Origin: a virus
DNA: 64,000 nucleotides
Direction: 5' to 3' (one strand)
IMG/VR virus record: IMGVR_UViG_3300047289_000053
Span: 4,084 to 68,083 of that record
Shown: positions 8,829-18,487 of the stretch, in pieces
Position numbering within the stretch: position 1 is the stretch's first letter
Layout: each line of letters begins with the position of its first letter
Made by a program: the position numbers and the translations under genes
The notes under the pieces: model-generated
The model's database searches: none
Seen by the model: the letters and a program-made list of their open reading frames with translations, nothing else
What the model was told of the DNA's origin: nothing

Positions 8829-11038
8829 GTTTGTATAATGTGATTGATAATGTTGTACCACAAAAGATTCTTGATAAAAAAAACAACAAGAAAGAATGGG
8901 AATATGGATATGATCCTGAATATGACATTGTAATTATATCTAAAGATGGAACATTAGGTGAAGTATATGAAATACAAAATCTGAAAATCGGATTGCCTTT
9001 ATCTCCAGATAAGATAAATTACGAATACAACAAGTGGATAGTTAAAGATTTACCAAAAGAATTATCTAGAGTTAAAACTATTTTTGATTGGAATAGAAGG
9101 GATAATTCATTTAAGTCCAATTGGGTAGATTATATCGAAGAGGAGTTTAATCGCAGAGAGTATGGGTATTGGTTTATTAATAATAACCAAAAAACATACA
9201 TTACAGGTTCTCACTATATGTACTTACAGTGGTCTAAAACTGATGTTGGTCATCCTGATTTTCGAGAATCAAATAGAATATTTTTTATATTTTGGGCTGC
9301 TTGTATAGCAGATAACAGATGTTATGGAATGATTTATTTAAAAAATAGACGTTCCGGATTTTCGTTTATGGCTTCTTCTGAAGCAGTTAATATCGCTACA
9401 CTTGCCAAAGATGCTCGTATTGGTATGGTGTCCAAAACAGGTTCTGACTCAAAGAAAATGTTTACGGATAAAGTTGTTCCTATTGCAAATAATTATCCAT
9501 TCTTTTTTCAACCCGTAAGAGATGGTATGTCAACTCCTAAAACAGAGTTAGCATTCCGTGTACCAGCCTCTAAGATTACCAGAAAAAATATGGATCAGGA
9601 GACTGAGGATGACATTGATGGATTAGATACTACAATCGACTGGAAGAACACAGGAGATAATGCGTACGATGGTGAGAAATTGTTATATTTGATTGAGGAT
9701 GAGGCGGCTAAGTTGGAAAGGCCAATGAGTATTTTGAACGGATGGCGTGTGAGAAAAACATGTTTGCGTTTAGGGGCTAGAATCATTGGTAAATGTATGA
9801 TGGGGTCTACATCTAATGCCCTTGATAAGGGTGGTGATAATTATAAAAAATTATATTATGAATCAGATGTTAGGAAAAGAAATGCAAACGGTCAGACTAT
9901 TTCGGGTTTATACTCGTTATTTATTGAGATGGGTTATAACTTTGAGGGATATATTGATGAGTACGGTCACGCAGTCCTAGAGACACCGGAGAAGCCTGTG
10001 CGTTCAGCAGAAGGTACTTGGATAACACAAGGCGTAATTGAGTATTGGAATAATGAGGTTGCATCATTAAAGGCTAACCCTGATGCACTAAATGAATTCT
10101 ATCGTCAGTTCCCTAGAACAGAGTCACACGCTTTCCGTGATGAGACTAAGTCATCTTTGTTTAACTTGACTAAAATCTATCAGCAGATAGACTACAATGA
10201 CAGTTTAATTCAAGACCACGTCATAACACGTGGATATTTTCATTGGGCTAATGGGGAGAAGGATACCAAGGTAGTTTGGACACCCGATAAGAATGGTCGG
10301 TTCCTAGTATCTTGGATACCGGGGCCAGGCATCAATAATAATTATATTACTAAGAATGGGAATAGATACCCGGGTAATGAGCATATTGGTGCGTTTGGTT
10401 GTGACCCCTACGACATCTCAGGTGCGACCTTTGGTGGTTCAAACGGTTCGCTCCACGGGCTAACTAAGTTTAATATGACAGGGGCTCCATCTAATACATT
10501 CTTTTTGGAATACATTGCTCGTCCACAGACAGCAGAGATATTCTTCGAAGAAGTACTGATGGCTTGTGTATTCTATGGTATGCCTATTCTTTGTGAGAAC
10601 AACAAAGCACGTCTACTGTATCACTTTAAGAATAGAGGCTACCGTGGGTTCTCAATGAACCGTCCTGATAAGCACGCACATAAACTGTCATTCACAGAAA
10701 GAGAGATTGGTGGTATACCATCATCAAGTGAAGATATTAAGCAGGCACACGCCACAGCAATCGAGACATACATCGAGCGTTTTGTGGGATTAGACATGGA
10801 GGGCAACTACCGTCAGCCTGATGAAATAGGTGATATGCCGTTCAATAAGACACTTCAAGACTGGGCTAGATTCGACGTAAACGACAGAACTAAATTTGAT
10901 GCGTCAATTAGTTCGGGATATGCTATTATGGCAAATCAAAAGCACGTATATTTGCCTGAGAAAAAAGAGTCAAAAATAAGCATTAAATTTGCAACTTACG
11001 ATAACACTGGTTCCTTCAGTAGAATTAACAAGATATGA
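8825..11038 (+). CDS. terL: Terminase large subunit
   Basis: Walker A-like LKNRRSGFS, Walker B LIEDEAAK, motif III GSTSN, nuclease GCDPYD and C-terminal D residues; lies upstream of the portal. Confidence 0.88.
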   Translation: MSLYNVIDNVVPQKILDKKNNKKEWEYGYDPEYDIVIISKDGTLGEVYEIQNLKIGLPLSPDKINYEYNKWIVKDLPKELSRVKTIFDWNRRDNSFKSNWVDYIEEEFNRREYGYWFINNNQKTYITGSHYMYLQWSKTDVGHPDFRESNRIFFIFWAACIADNRCYGMIYLKNRRSGFSFMASSEAVNIATLAKDARIGMVSKTGSDSKKMFTDKVVPIANNYPFFFQPVRDGMSTPKTELAFRVPASKITRKNMDQETEDDIDGLDTTIDWKNTGDNAYDGEKLLYLIEDEAAKLERPMSILNGWRVRKTCLRLGARIIGKCMMGSTSNALDKGGDNYKKLYYESDVRKRNANGQTISGLYSLFIEMGYNFEGYIDEYGHAVLETPEKPVRSAEGTWITQGVIEYWNNEVASLKANPDALNEFYRQFPRTESHAFRDETKSSLFNLTKIYQQIDYNDSLIQDHVITRGYFHWANGEKDTKVVWTPDKNGRFLVSWIPGPGINNNYITKNGNRYPGNEHIGAFGCDPYDISGATFGGSNGSLHGLTKFNMTGAPSNTFFLEYIARPQTAEIFFEEVLMACVFYGMPILCENNKARLLYHFKNRGYRGFSMNRPDKHAHKLSFTEREIGGIPSSSEDIKQAHATAIETYIERFVGLDMEGNYRQPDEIGDMPFNKTLQDWARFDVNDRTKFDASISSGYAIMANQKHVYLPEKKESKISIKFATYDNTGSFSRINKI

Positions 11039-13467
11039 ACAAACCTCTTGGAATATTAATGCCAGATACCCAATTCCCTTCGCAGTTAGCGACTGATCAG
11101 GAAAAGGCATCATGGGAATATGGCTTAAGAATTGGGCAAAGCATTTCATATGAATGGTTTGCAAAGACAGGCAACAGTTGCCGATACTATTCACAATGGA
11201 TTGATTTCCACCGTATTAGACTATACGCTAGAGGTGAGCAACCAGTAGCTAAATATAAAAGCCAATTAGAAGTAGATGGCGATATGTCGCACATCAACCT
11301 TGATTGGACTCCTGTGCCAATTATCCCTAAGTTTGTTGACATCGTTGTAAATGGTATGCATGACCGATTATTTGAGGTTAAAGCATATGCACAAGATGCA
11401 ATGTCATCTAACAAACGATCTAAGTTTCAAGAGATGGTTGAGGCAGATATGATTGCCAAAGACTTATTAGTTCAAACTAAGCAAGAGTTTGGCATTGATG
11501 CATTCAATGTTCCTGAACAAGATTTGCCTGAGAACGACCAAGAGTTATCGTTATATATGCAGCTTAATTATAAGCCTGCAATTGAGATTGCTGAAGAGGA
11601 GGCAATCAATACTATTTTAGACTTAAACCATTATCAAGATATTCGCAAAAGGGTCGACTACGATATCACAACAATTGGCATAGGAGTAGTAAAGCACTCA
11701 TTTGTCCCAGGAACTGGTGTTCGTGTTGAGTATGTTGACCCCGCTAACATTGTTTATAGTTACACAGAATCCCCAACATTTGAAGATTGTTTCTATTGGG
11801 GAGAGGTAAAGCAAGTACCTATTACTGAACTAATTAAGATTAAGCCAGACATTACAAAAGAGGAGTTGGCAGAGATTCAGCAATTAGGAACAGCGTGGTA
11901 CAATTATTATGGAATTATGCGTCCTTACCGTAGCGACATCTTCAACAGAGATGTGGTTACGTTATTATATTTTAATTATAAAACTGACAAGACATTTGTT
12001 TACAAGAAGAAATATCTTGAGAACAATGGCGTTCGTGTAATCCAAAAAGATGAAAATTTCAACCCTCCTGAAGGAACTGAAGAAAGATTCGAAAGAATTG
12101 AGAAGAGAATTGACGTATGGTACGAAGGTATTATGGTACCTGGATCTCCTTATTTACTTAAGTGGGAGCTTGCTCGCAATATGGTTCGCCCTAAGTCTGC
12201 TTCTCAGTATGCGTTACCAAACTACATCGCTGTAGCACCAAGAATGTACAAAGGAATTGTTGAGTCATTGACTCGTCGTATGATTCCTTTTGCTGACTTA
12301 ATTCAAATGACCCATCTTAAATTACAACAAGTTCTACAACGTGTTGTGCCGGATGGTGTGTTTATCGATGCTGATGGTATCAATGAGGTTGACTTAGGAA
12401 CAGGTGGTGCTTACAATCCAGAAGATGCTCTTCGTTTGTATTTCCAAACGGGTAGTGTTATTGGACGTAGTATGACAACAGATGGTGATTTAAACCACGG
12501 CCGTATTCCTATCCAAGAACTTAATACTAATAGTGGCCAAGGAAAGATTACTGCATTAATTAATGCATACAATCAATACTTGAGTATGATACGTGATGTA
12601 ACAGGATTAAATGAAGCTCGTGACGGATCAACTCCTCATCCTGATGCATTAGTTGGTGTACAAAAACTTGCTGCATTAAATTCAAATACAGCAACTCGCC
12701 ATATCTTAGAAGGTAGTTTATTTATTACCCGTAAATTATCTGAGGCGTTATCGCTTCGTGTTGCTGATATCTTAGAATACTCTGACTTTAAAGAAGAGTT
12801 TACTATGCAAATTGGTAAGTATGCTGTTGGTCTTTTAGAAGAAATTAAAGACTTGTACTTACACGACTTTGGTATTTTCATTGAGGTTGCTCCTGATGAA
12901 GAAGAAAGAGCTCAATTAGAAGCTAACATTCAGGTCGCATTACAACGTGACCAAATATCGCTTGAAGACGCTATTGATATTCGTCAAATGAAAAATATTA
13001 AGTTAGCTAATGAGTTGCTTAAGATGAAGCGTAAGGATAAGCAGAAGAAAGATATGGAGAATGAGCAAGCTAAGATTCAAATGCAAACTCAAGGTAACAT
13101 TCAATCTTCTCAGGCAGCTGCTCAGTCTGCACTACAAAAAGTACAAGCAGAGGCTCAAGCTAAAGCACAACTTGCTGAGGCACAAATGCAGTTTGACATT
13201 CAGCGTATGCAAGCAGAAGCTCAAATTAAAGAACAACTTATGGCTGTTGAGTTTAACTATAACATGCAACTAAGAGGCATGGAAGTAGAAAAGGTTAAGC
13301 AGTTAGATATGGATAAAGAGAAAGCTAAAGACGATCGTACAAAACTTCAAGCTACTCAACAATCTAAGTTAATTGAACAACGTCAAAAAGACCTTCCAGC
13401 AATGAACTTCGAATCAGAAGAAGACTCACTAGATGGCTTTGATTTAGAGCAATTCAACCCAAGATAA
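11035..13467 (+). CDS. Portal protein
   Basis: 810 aa directly after TerL; P22/crAss-like portal layout with a long Q-rich C-terminal coiled coil. Confidence 0.8.
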   Translation: MNKPLGILMPDTQFPSQLATDQEKASWEYGLRIGQSISYEWFAKTGNSCRYYSQWIDFHRIRLYARGEQPVAKYKSQLEVDGDMSHINLDWTPVPIIPKFVDIVVNGMHDRLFEVKAYAQDAMSSNKRSKFQEMVEADMIAKDLLVQTKQEFGIDAFNVPEQDLPENDQELSLYMQLNYKPAIEIAEEEAINTILDLNHYQDIRKRVDYDITTIGIGVVKHSFVPGTGVRVEYVDPANIVYSYTESPTFEDCFYWGEVKQVPITELIKIKPDITKEELAEIQQLGTAWYNYYGIMRPYRSDIFNRDVVTLLYFNYKTDKTFVYKKKYLENNGVRVIQKDENFNPPEGTEERFERIEKRIDVWYEGIMVPGSPYLLKWELARNMVRPKSASQYALPNYIAVAPRMYKGIVESLTRRMIPFADLIQMTHLKLQQVLQRVVPDGVFIDADGINEVDLGTGGAYNPEDALRLYFQTGSVIGRSMTTDGDLNHGRIPIQELNTNSGQGKITALINAYNQYLSMIRDVTGLNEARDGSTPHPDALVGVQKLAALNSNTATRHILEGSLFITRKLSEALSLRVADILEYSDFKEEFTMQIGKYAVGLLEEIKDLYLHDFGIFIEVAPDEEERAQLEANIQVALQRDQISLEDAIDIRQMKNIKLANELLKMKRKDKQKKDMENEQAKIQMQTQGNIQSSQAAAQSALQKVQAEAQAKAQLAEAQMQFDIQRMQAEAQIKEQLMAVEFNYNMQLRGMEVEKVKQLDMDKEKAKDDRTKLQATQQSKLIEQRQKDLPAMNFESEEDSLDGFDLEQFNPR

Positions 13468-13477
13468 TTTTTATTAT

Positions 13478-13485
13478 TACTTTTG
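13478..13485 (+). promoter_or_regulatory. Bacteroidota -7 promoter element TACTTTTG
   Basis: Matches TAnnTTTG about 20 nt before ATG 13505. The same motif occurs at 16886, 22634, 23387, 52962, 53456, 53803, 56354, 57972 and 58721. Confidence 0.65.
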
Positions 13486-13504
13486 TGCAACTAAATTAAA
13501 TTAA

Positions 13505-14611
13505 ATGGATAATATTCAAGTAAAACTTGTAGACTTTGAAGAGAAGTCAGTGCAAGAAATCGAGCAACAGTTGCTTGAGGAGCACGAAGAAAAGACCGCT
13601 CCAATTGAGGAGATGGCTGCAGAATTAAGTGCAACTACCGAGGAAACTCAGGAAGTTATTGAAAGTCAGCCACAGTTTGGCGACAACGACGTTCTTTCAT
13701 ATTTAAAAACAAAGTTCAACAAGGAGGTAAACTCTTTGGATGAATTATTTACAGAACAACCACAGTCTCAACAGGAATTACTTCCTGAAGATGTAAATGC
13801 TTTCTTAAAATTCAAGAAAGAGACAGGACGTGGTTTAGAAGATTTCTATCGTGTTAACCAAGATTTTTCTAAGGTTAATCCAGAAAGACTTCTAGCTGAC
13901 TACATGCGTGAAACTAATCCTGATTTTGATGATGAGGATATCGCATTCGAATACGAATCAAAGTTTGGATACGATGAGGAGATGGATGACGAGAAAGAAA
14001 TTAAACGCAAGAAGTTAGCACTTAAAAAAGAACTTGGCAAGGCATCAAAGTACTTTGAAGAACAAAAGGAAAAATATAAAGCTCCCCTTGAGTCGAGGAT
14101 GGATGCTACTATTCCTGCTGAGGACAGAGAGGCTTTGGAATCTTACAAGCAATACATCAGCCAATCTGCTGCTATGCAGCAAGAGCAGGCTAAAAAGTCG
14201 GAGTACTTTATGAATAAGACAAACGAATTATTCTCTAATGAATTCAAAGGTTTTGATTTCAAAGTTGGAGATAAGGAAGTATCTTATAAACCAGGAACTC
14301 CAGAGCAGCTGAAAGCTCAACAAACAGATATTGCCAAATTCTTTAGCAACTTTGTTAACGAAGATGGATTTATTAAGGATGCTAAACAGTATCATAAAAC
14401 AATTGCTGCGGCAATGAACCCTGATGCAATGGCTAAGTTCTTTTATGACTTAGGCAAATCGGATGCAATCGATGACAGTGCACGTCAAAGTAAAAATATT
14501 GACATGAGCGTTAGAAATGCTCCACAAAACATTGAAAAAGGCGGGTTTAAAGTTACAGCGTTGGATAATGATCATGGTAGTGGACTTAGGATTAAATCAT
14601 TTAAAAACTAA
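13505..14611 (+). CDS. Putative capsid scaffolding protein
   Basis: Very acidic, helical, between portal and MCP. Confidence 0.6.
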   Translation: MDNIQVKLVDFEEKSVQEIEQQLLEEHEEKTAPIEEMAAELSATTEETQEVIESQPQFGDNDVLSYLKTKFNKEVNSLDELFTEQPQSQQELLPEDVNAFLKFKKETGRGLEDFYRVNQDFSKVNPERLLADYMRETNPDFDDEDIAFEYESKFGYDEEMDDEKEIKRKKLALKKELGKASKYFEEQKEKYKAPLESRMDATIPAEDREALESYKQYISQSAAMQQEQAKKSEYFMNKTNELFSNEFKGFDFKVGDKEVSYKPGTPEQLKAQQTDIAKFFSNFVNEDGFIKDAKQYHKTIAAAMNPDAMAKFFYDLGKSDAIDDSARQSKNIDMSVRNAPQNIEKGGFKVTALDNDHGSGLRIKSFKN

Positions 14612-14627
14612 AAACTAAAAAAAAACA

Positions 14628-16043
14628 ATGGCTGGATCAGTTCAAGCGTCCCCGGGTTATCAATTACAACCCTCGGCAGTAAAGGCAACATTGCCTACAA
14701 ACTACATTACTAACTTCAATTTCTTAAACCAGTATCTTCCTGATACTTACGAATCAGAATTTGAGCGTTATGGTAATCGTTCTATTGCATCTTTCTTACG
14801 TATGGTAGGTGCAGAATTACCTTCTAACTCTGACTTAATCAAATGGGCAGAGCAAGGTCGTTTACACACTAAGTATGTTAACTGTACTTCAGCTGCTGCT
14901 GTTGGAGCAGATACAGCTACTTGGACTGTTAACGATGCAAACGTAATCGTTAACTTCCGTGTTAACCAAACTGTATTCTTATCTGCTAACGCTGGTTCAG
15001 CTTCTGACAAAGCGGTTATCACTGCAGTAGATACAGCTGCTAACACTTTCACAGTTGCTTACTATGCTGGTGCTGGACAATCAATCGCAATCAATACAGC
15101 TTCAACTGCATTCGTTTACGGTTCTGAATTCACTAAGGGTTCATTAGGAATGGATGGTTCTCTTGAGTCTCAAGATATTTTCTTCGAGAACAAGCCAATC
15201 ATCATCAAAGACAAGTACACAGTATCAGGTTCTGATATGGCTCAAATCGGTTGGGTTGAAGTAACTTCTGAGAACGGTGCTACTGGTTACTTATGGTACA
15301 TCAAGTCTGAGCACGAAACTCGTTTACGTTTCGAAGACTACTTAGAGATGTCAATGGTTGAAGGTGTTCCTGCACAAGCTAACTCTGGTGCTTTACCTTA
15401 CTTAACTGTTGCAGCTTCTCAAGTACAACCTGGTGCTGCTGGTACTCAAGGTTTATTCAATGCAGTTGAGACTCGTGGTAACGTATGGAAAGGTGGTAAC
15501 CCAACTACTTTATCAGACTTCGATTCAATCATCCAACGTCTTGACAAGCAAGGAGCTATCCAAGAGAACGTGTTATTCGTTAACCGTAAATTCTCTTTCG
15601 ATATCAACGATATGTTAGCTGCACAAAACTCTTACGGAGCAGGTGGTACTTCATATGGTTTATTCGACAACAACGAGACTATGGCGTTAAACTTAGGTTT
15701 CACAGGCTTTAAGCGTGGATACGATTTCTACAAGACTGACTGGAAATACTTAAACGATGCAACTACTCGTGGTGGAATCGTAGGTGGAGCTATCAACGGT
15801 ATCTTGGTACCTGCAGGTTCTACTAACGTATACGATCAAATCTTAGGAAAGAATGCAAAACGTCCGTTCTTACACGTTCGTTACCGTGCTTCTGAAACTG
15901 AAGATCGTCGTTACAAAACTTGGATCACTGGTTCTGCTGGTGGTGCTCAAACAAGTTCATTAGATGCAATGGAGGTTAACTTCTTATCTGAGCGTGCTTT
16001 ATGTACTCTTGGTGCGAACAACTTCTTCATCTTCGAGAACTAG
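14628..16043 (+). CDS. Major capsid protein
   Basis: 471 aa after the scaffold gene; strongly biased codons (TTC/AAC/GGT/CGT); followed by a strong terminator. Confidence 0.8.
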   Translation: MAGSVQASPGYQLQPSAVKATLPTNYITNFNFLNQYLPDTYESEFERYGNRSIASFLRMVGAELPSNSDLIKWAEQGRLHTKYVNCTSAAAVGADTATWTVNDANVIVNFRVNQTVFLSANAGSASDKAVITAVDTAANTFTVAYYAGAGQSIAINTASTAFVYGSEFTKGSLGMDGSLESQDIFFENKPIIIKDKYTVSGSDMAQIGWVEVTSENGATGYLWYIKSEHETRLRFEDYLEMSMVEGVPAQANSGALPYLTVAASQVQPGAAGTQGLFNAVETRGNVWKGGNPTTLSDFDSIIQRLDKQGAIQENVLFVNRKFSFDINDMLAAQNSYGAGGTSYGLFDNNETMALNLGFTGFKRGYDFYKTDWKYLNDATTRGGIVGGAINGILVPAGSTNVYDQILGKNAKRPFLHVRYRASETEDRRYKTWITGSAGGAQTSSLDAMEVNFLSERALCTLGANNFFIFEN

Positions 16044-16050
16044 TAAACTT

Positions 16051-16078
16051 AGGGGGAGGCTTCGGTCTCCCCTTATTT
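16051..16078 (+). terminator. Rho-independent terminator after MCP
   Basis: GGGGAGGC-TTCG-GTCTCCCC followed by TTATTT. Confidence 0.85.
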
Positions 16079-16108
16079 AATTTTCTTTAAAATTTAAAAT
16101 CAAATATA

Positions 16109-16852
16109 ATGTCAACTACAGAATTCAAGGACAAGGTCTATGTCCTTAAAAGAGCAACATTTCCTATTTCATTTATGATTTCTGGTAGAAATACCAATCG
16201 TAAACCTTTACTTTACTTTGATGAGAAGTTAGGTGTTAACCGTGCATTACGTTATGCAGTTAACCAAAAGTCTCCATTTGAAGATGAGCAAGATGGAAAC
16301 TACATTTTAGAACCAATCGTTTTTGAAGATGGTTTGTTAGCAGTTCCAAGACACAATCAAGTGTTACAATTGTTCTTAAAATACCACCCAGATAATGGTA
16401 CTTTATTTGAAGAGGTTGATACTCAAAGAGATGCGAGTAAACAAATTGATTCATTAAATGTTGAATTAGATGCACAAATTGCTGCACGTGAATTAGACAT
16501 TAATACAGCTGACGCTTTAGGTCGTGTATTCTTGGGTGCTCGTGTTGATAGATTATCTAGCGAAGAACTTAAACGTGACTTAATTCTTTATGCTCGCAGC
16601 TATCCTCATGAGTTCTTAGATATGTTAAATGATCCAGAGCTTAAGTTAAATGATATTGCTGCTAAAGCATTGATAGATGGAATCTTTGTATTGAAAAATA
16701 AAAAGAGAGATATTTTCTTTAATTTACCTGACAATAAAAACAAATTAATGGGTATTCCTTTTGGAGATGACCCAGTGAAGCTCTTAGCATCTTACCTGCA
16801 GAGCAACGATGGTCTCGATATTTATGAGACGTTAGTTAAAAAATATCGTTAA
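16109..16852 (+). CDS. Hypothetical virion/morphogenesis protein
   Basis: 247-aa ORF in the head-tail block. Confidence 0.6.
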   Translation: MSTTEFKDKVYVLKRATFPISFMISGRNTNRKPLLYFDEKLGVNRALRYAVNQKSPFEDEQDGNYILEPIVFEDGLLAVPRHNQVLQLFLKYHPDNGTLFEEVDTQRDASKQIDSLNVELDAQIAARELDINTADALGRVFLGARVDRLSSEELKRDLILYARSYPHEFLDMLNDPELKLNDIAAKALIDGIFVLKNKKRDIFFNLPDNKNKLMGIPFGDDPVKLLASYLQSNDGLDIYETLVKKYR

Positions 16853-16855
16853 ATT

Positions 16856-16883
16856 AAGAGGGCACACTGAGTGCCCTTTTTTT
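16856..16883 (+). terminator. Rho-independent terminator
   Basis: AGGGCAC-ACTGA-GTGCCCT followed by a T-run. Confidence 0.8.
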
Positions 16884-16898
16884 ATTATCTTTGTCATT

Positions 16899-17591
16899 AT
16901 GATAAATTCTGTAAGAGCTACTGTCCTAAATATTATCAACAAGGATAATAATGGGTTTATTACACCAGAAGAATTCAACAGCTTTGCAAAGCAAGCTCAG
17001 TTAGAATTGTTCCAACAATACTTCTATGACTTTCAGAAGGCTAAAATTAGCGATATGAAAGGATTGGAGTCTAGTGGATATTCAGATATTACAAAACAGA
17101 TAGACCAAACTATTGACTACTTCTCTAAGAATGAAGACTTAGTATATAATTCTGGAGATGGTAAGTTTGACTTACCTGCTAACTTTTTCTTATTAAATGT
17201 ATTATACTACAATGGTAAAGAGGTTACTCATGTGGACCAAGGTAAATTATATTATTTGCTTAATTCCAATTTGACAGCACCTACGGAAACATACCCTACG
17301 TATGTAATGCAGGGTGATCAAGTTACTGTGTATCCTGATACTATTACAAATAATATTAATATCTATTACGTTAGATACCCGTTAGACCCTAAGTGGACTT
17401 ATACAGTAGTTAACGGAAGCCCTTTGTTTAATCAATCAGCTAATGACTACCAAGATTTTGAGTTAGCTATTTCCGATTTCCCTAAATTAGTTGTTAAGAT
17501 TTGTGAATATGCAGGAGTTAACATTAGAGAGATGGATGTAGTACAAGCGGCAAGAGCAGAAGAAGCATACACTGATCAAAAACAACAATAA
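16899..17591 (+). CDS. Putative head-tail adaptor/tail ring protein
   Basis: ITPEEFN.FAKQAQLE..LPANF..Y.R.P.DPKW pattern of podovirus adaptor-type proteins; position. Confidence 0.6.
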   Translation: MINSVRATVLNIINKDNNGFITPEEFNSFAKQAQLELFQQYFYDFQKAKISDMKGLESSGYSDITKQIDQTIDYFSKNEDLVYNSGDGKFDLPANFFLLNVLYYNGKEVTHVDQGKLYYLLNSNLTAPTETYPTYVMQGDQVTVYPDTITNNINIYYVRYPLDPKWTYTVVNGSPLFNQSANDYQDFELAISDFPKLVVKICEYAGVNIREMDVVQAARAEEAYTDQKQQ

Positions 17592-18487
17592 TGAATCAGG
17601 AAAAATATTATACCAATGATGGGGTAACACCCACTGATGCCAATTGGGGCTCGTATCAGAATGTAACATTAGGTGATGTTGTAAACAACTTCATCTTAAT
17701 GTATACAGATGATGGCGATTTGTTGAATAATATCAACAGATATAAAGTATTGTTCCACGCTAAGAGAGCGGTGCAGGAACTGAATTACGATGGTAATCGC
17801 CAAATTAATGCATTGCAACTAGATGTGGCCCACGATCTAAAGTTTGTGTTGCCTCCAGACTACGTGAACTATGTTCGTGTTTCTTTGTTCTGGGGTGGCA
17901 ATTTATACCCTATGTACGAAAACGTACAAGCTAATAGCTCTACTGAATTCTTGCAAGACGAAGAGTATCAAATCTTATTTGATGACCAAGGTAATGCGTT
18001 GCAGGGAACATCTAAGTTAGACTTATCCCGTATTGATGGAGTTAACTATATGTTATGCCCATTCAATAATCAGTGGGGTTGGTATGTAGATGGTCTTTGG
18101 TATTTCACTTGGGGATTCGGTGCTGCTTATGGATTGAATACAGAAGTAGCTAATGTTAACCCAACATTCAGAGTAGATAAGGCAGCTGGTGTTATTAACT
18201 TCAGTTCAGGCGTATTTAATAAATCAGTAGTATTAGAATACATTTCTGATGGATTGTATCCAGGTGATGACAATGACATTGTTATTAACAAGTTAGCAGA
18301 AGAGTATATCTACTCATATATCAAATGGGCTATCTTAAATACTAAGGCAAATCAGCCTGAGTATGTTATTAATAGAGCTCGCAAAGAAAAAGTTTCTAAT
18401 TGGAGAAACGCAAAGATTAGATTAAGTAATTTACACCCAGGTCGCTTATTGATGAACATGAGAGGCCAATCTAAGTGGATTAAGTAA
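17591..18487 (+). CDS. Putative tail ring/structural protein
   Basis: LPPDYVNYVRVS and LEYISDG; translationally coupled to both neighbours. Confidence 0.6.
   Translation: MNQEKYYTNDGVTPTDANWGSYQNVTLGDVVNNFILMYTDDGDLLNNINRYKVLFHAKRAVQELNYDGNRQINALQLDVAHDLKFVLPPDYVNYVRVSLFWGGNLYPMYENVQANSSTEFLQDEEYQILFDDQGNALQGTSKLDLSRIDGVNYMLCPFNNQWGWYVDGLWYFTWGFGAAYGLNTEVANVNPTFRVDKAAGVINFSSGVFNKSVVLEYISDGLYPGDDNDIVINKLAEEYIYSYIKWAILNTKANQPEYVINRARKEKVSNWRNAKIRLSNLHPGRLLMNMRGQSKWIK

Noticed and set aside
8825-11038. Intein in terminase or RNR
   Set aside because: No C...HN-C/S/T splice motifs and no unexplained insertion.
14598-14627. A-runs before the MCP start as a slippage site
   Set aside because: Intergenic A-rich leader typical of Bacteroidota translation starts; the scaffold gene has a clean stop.
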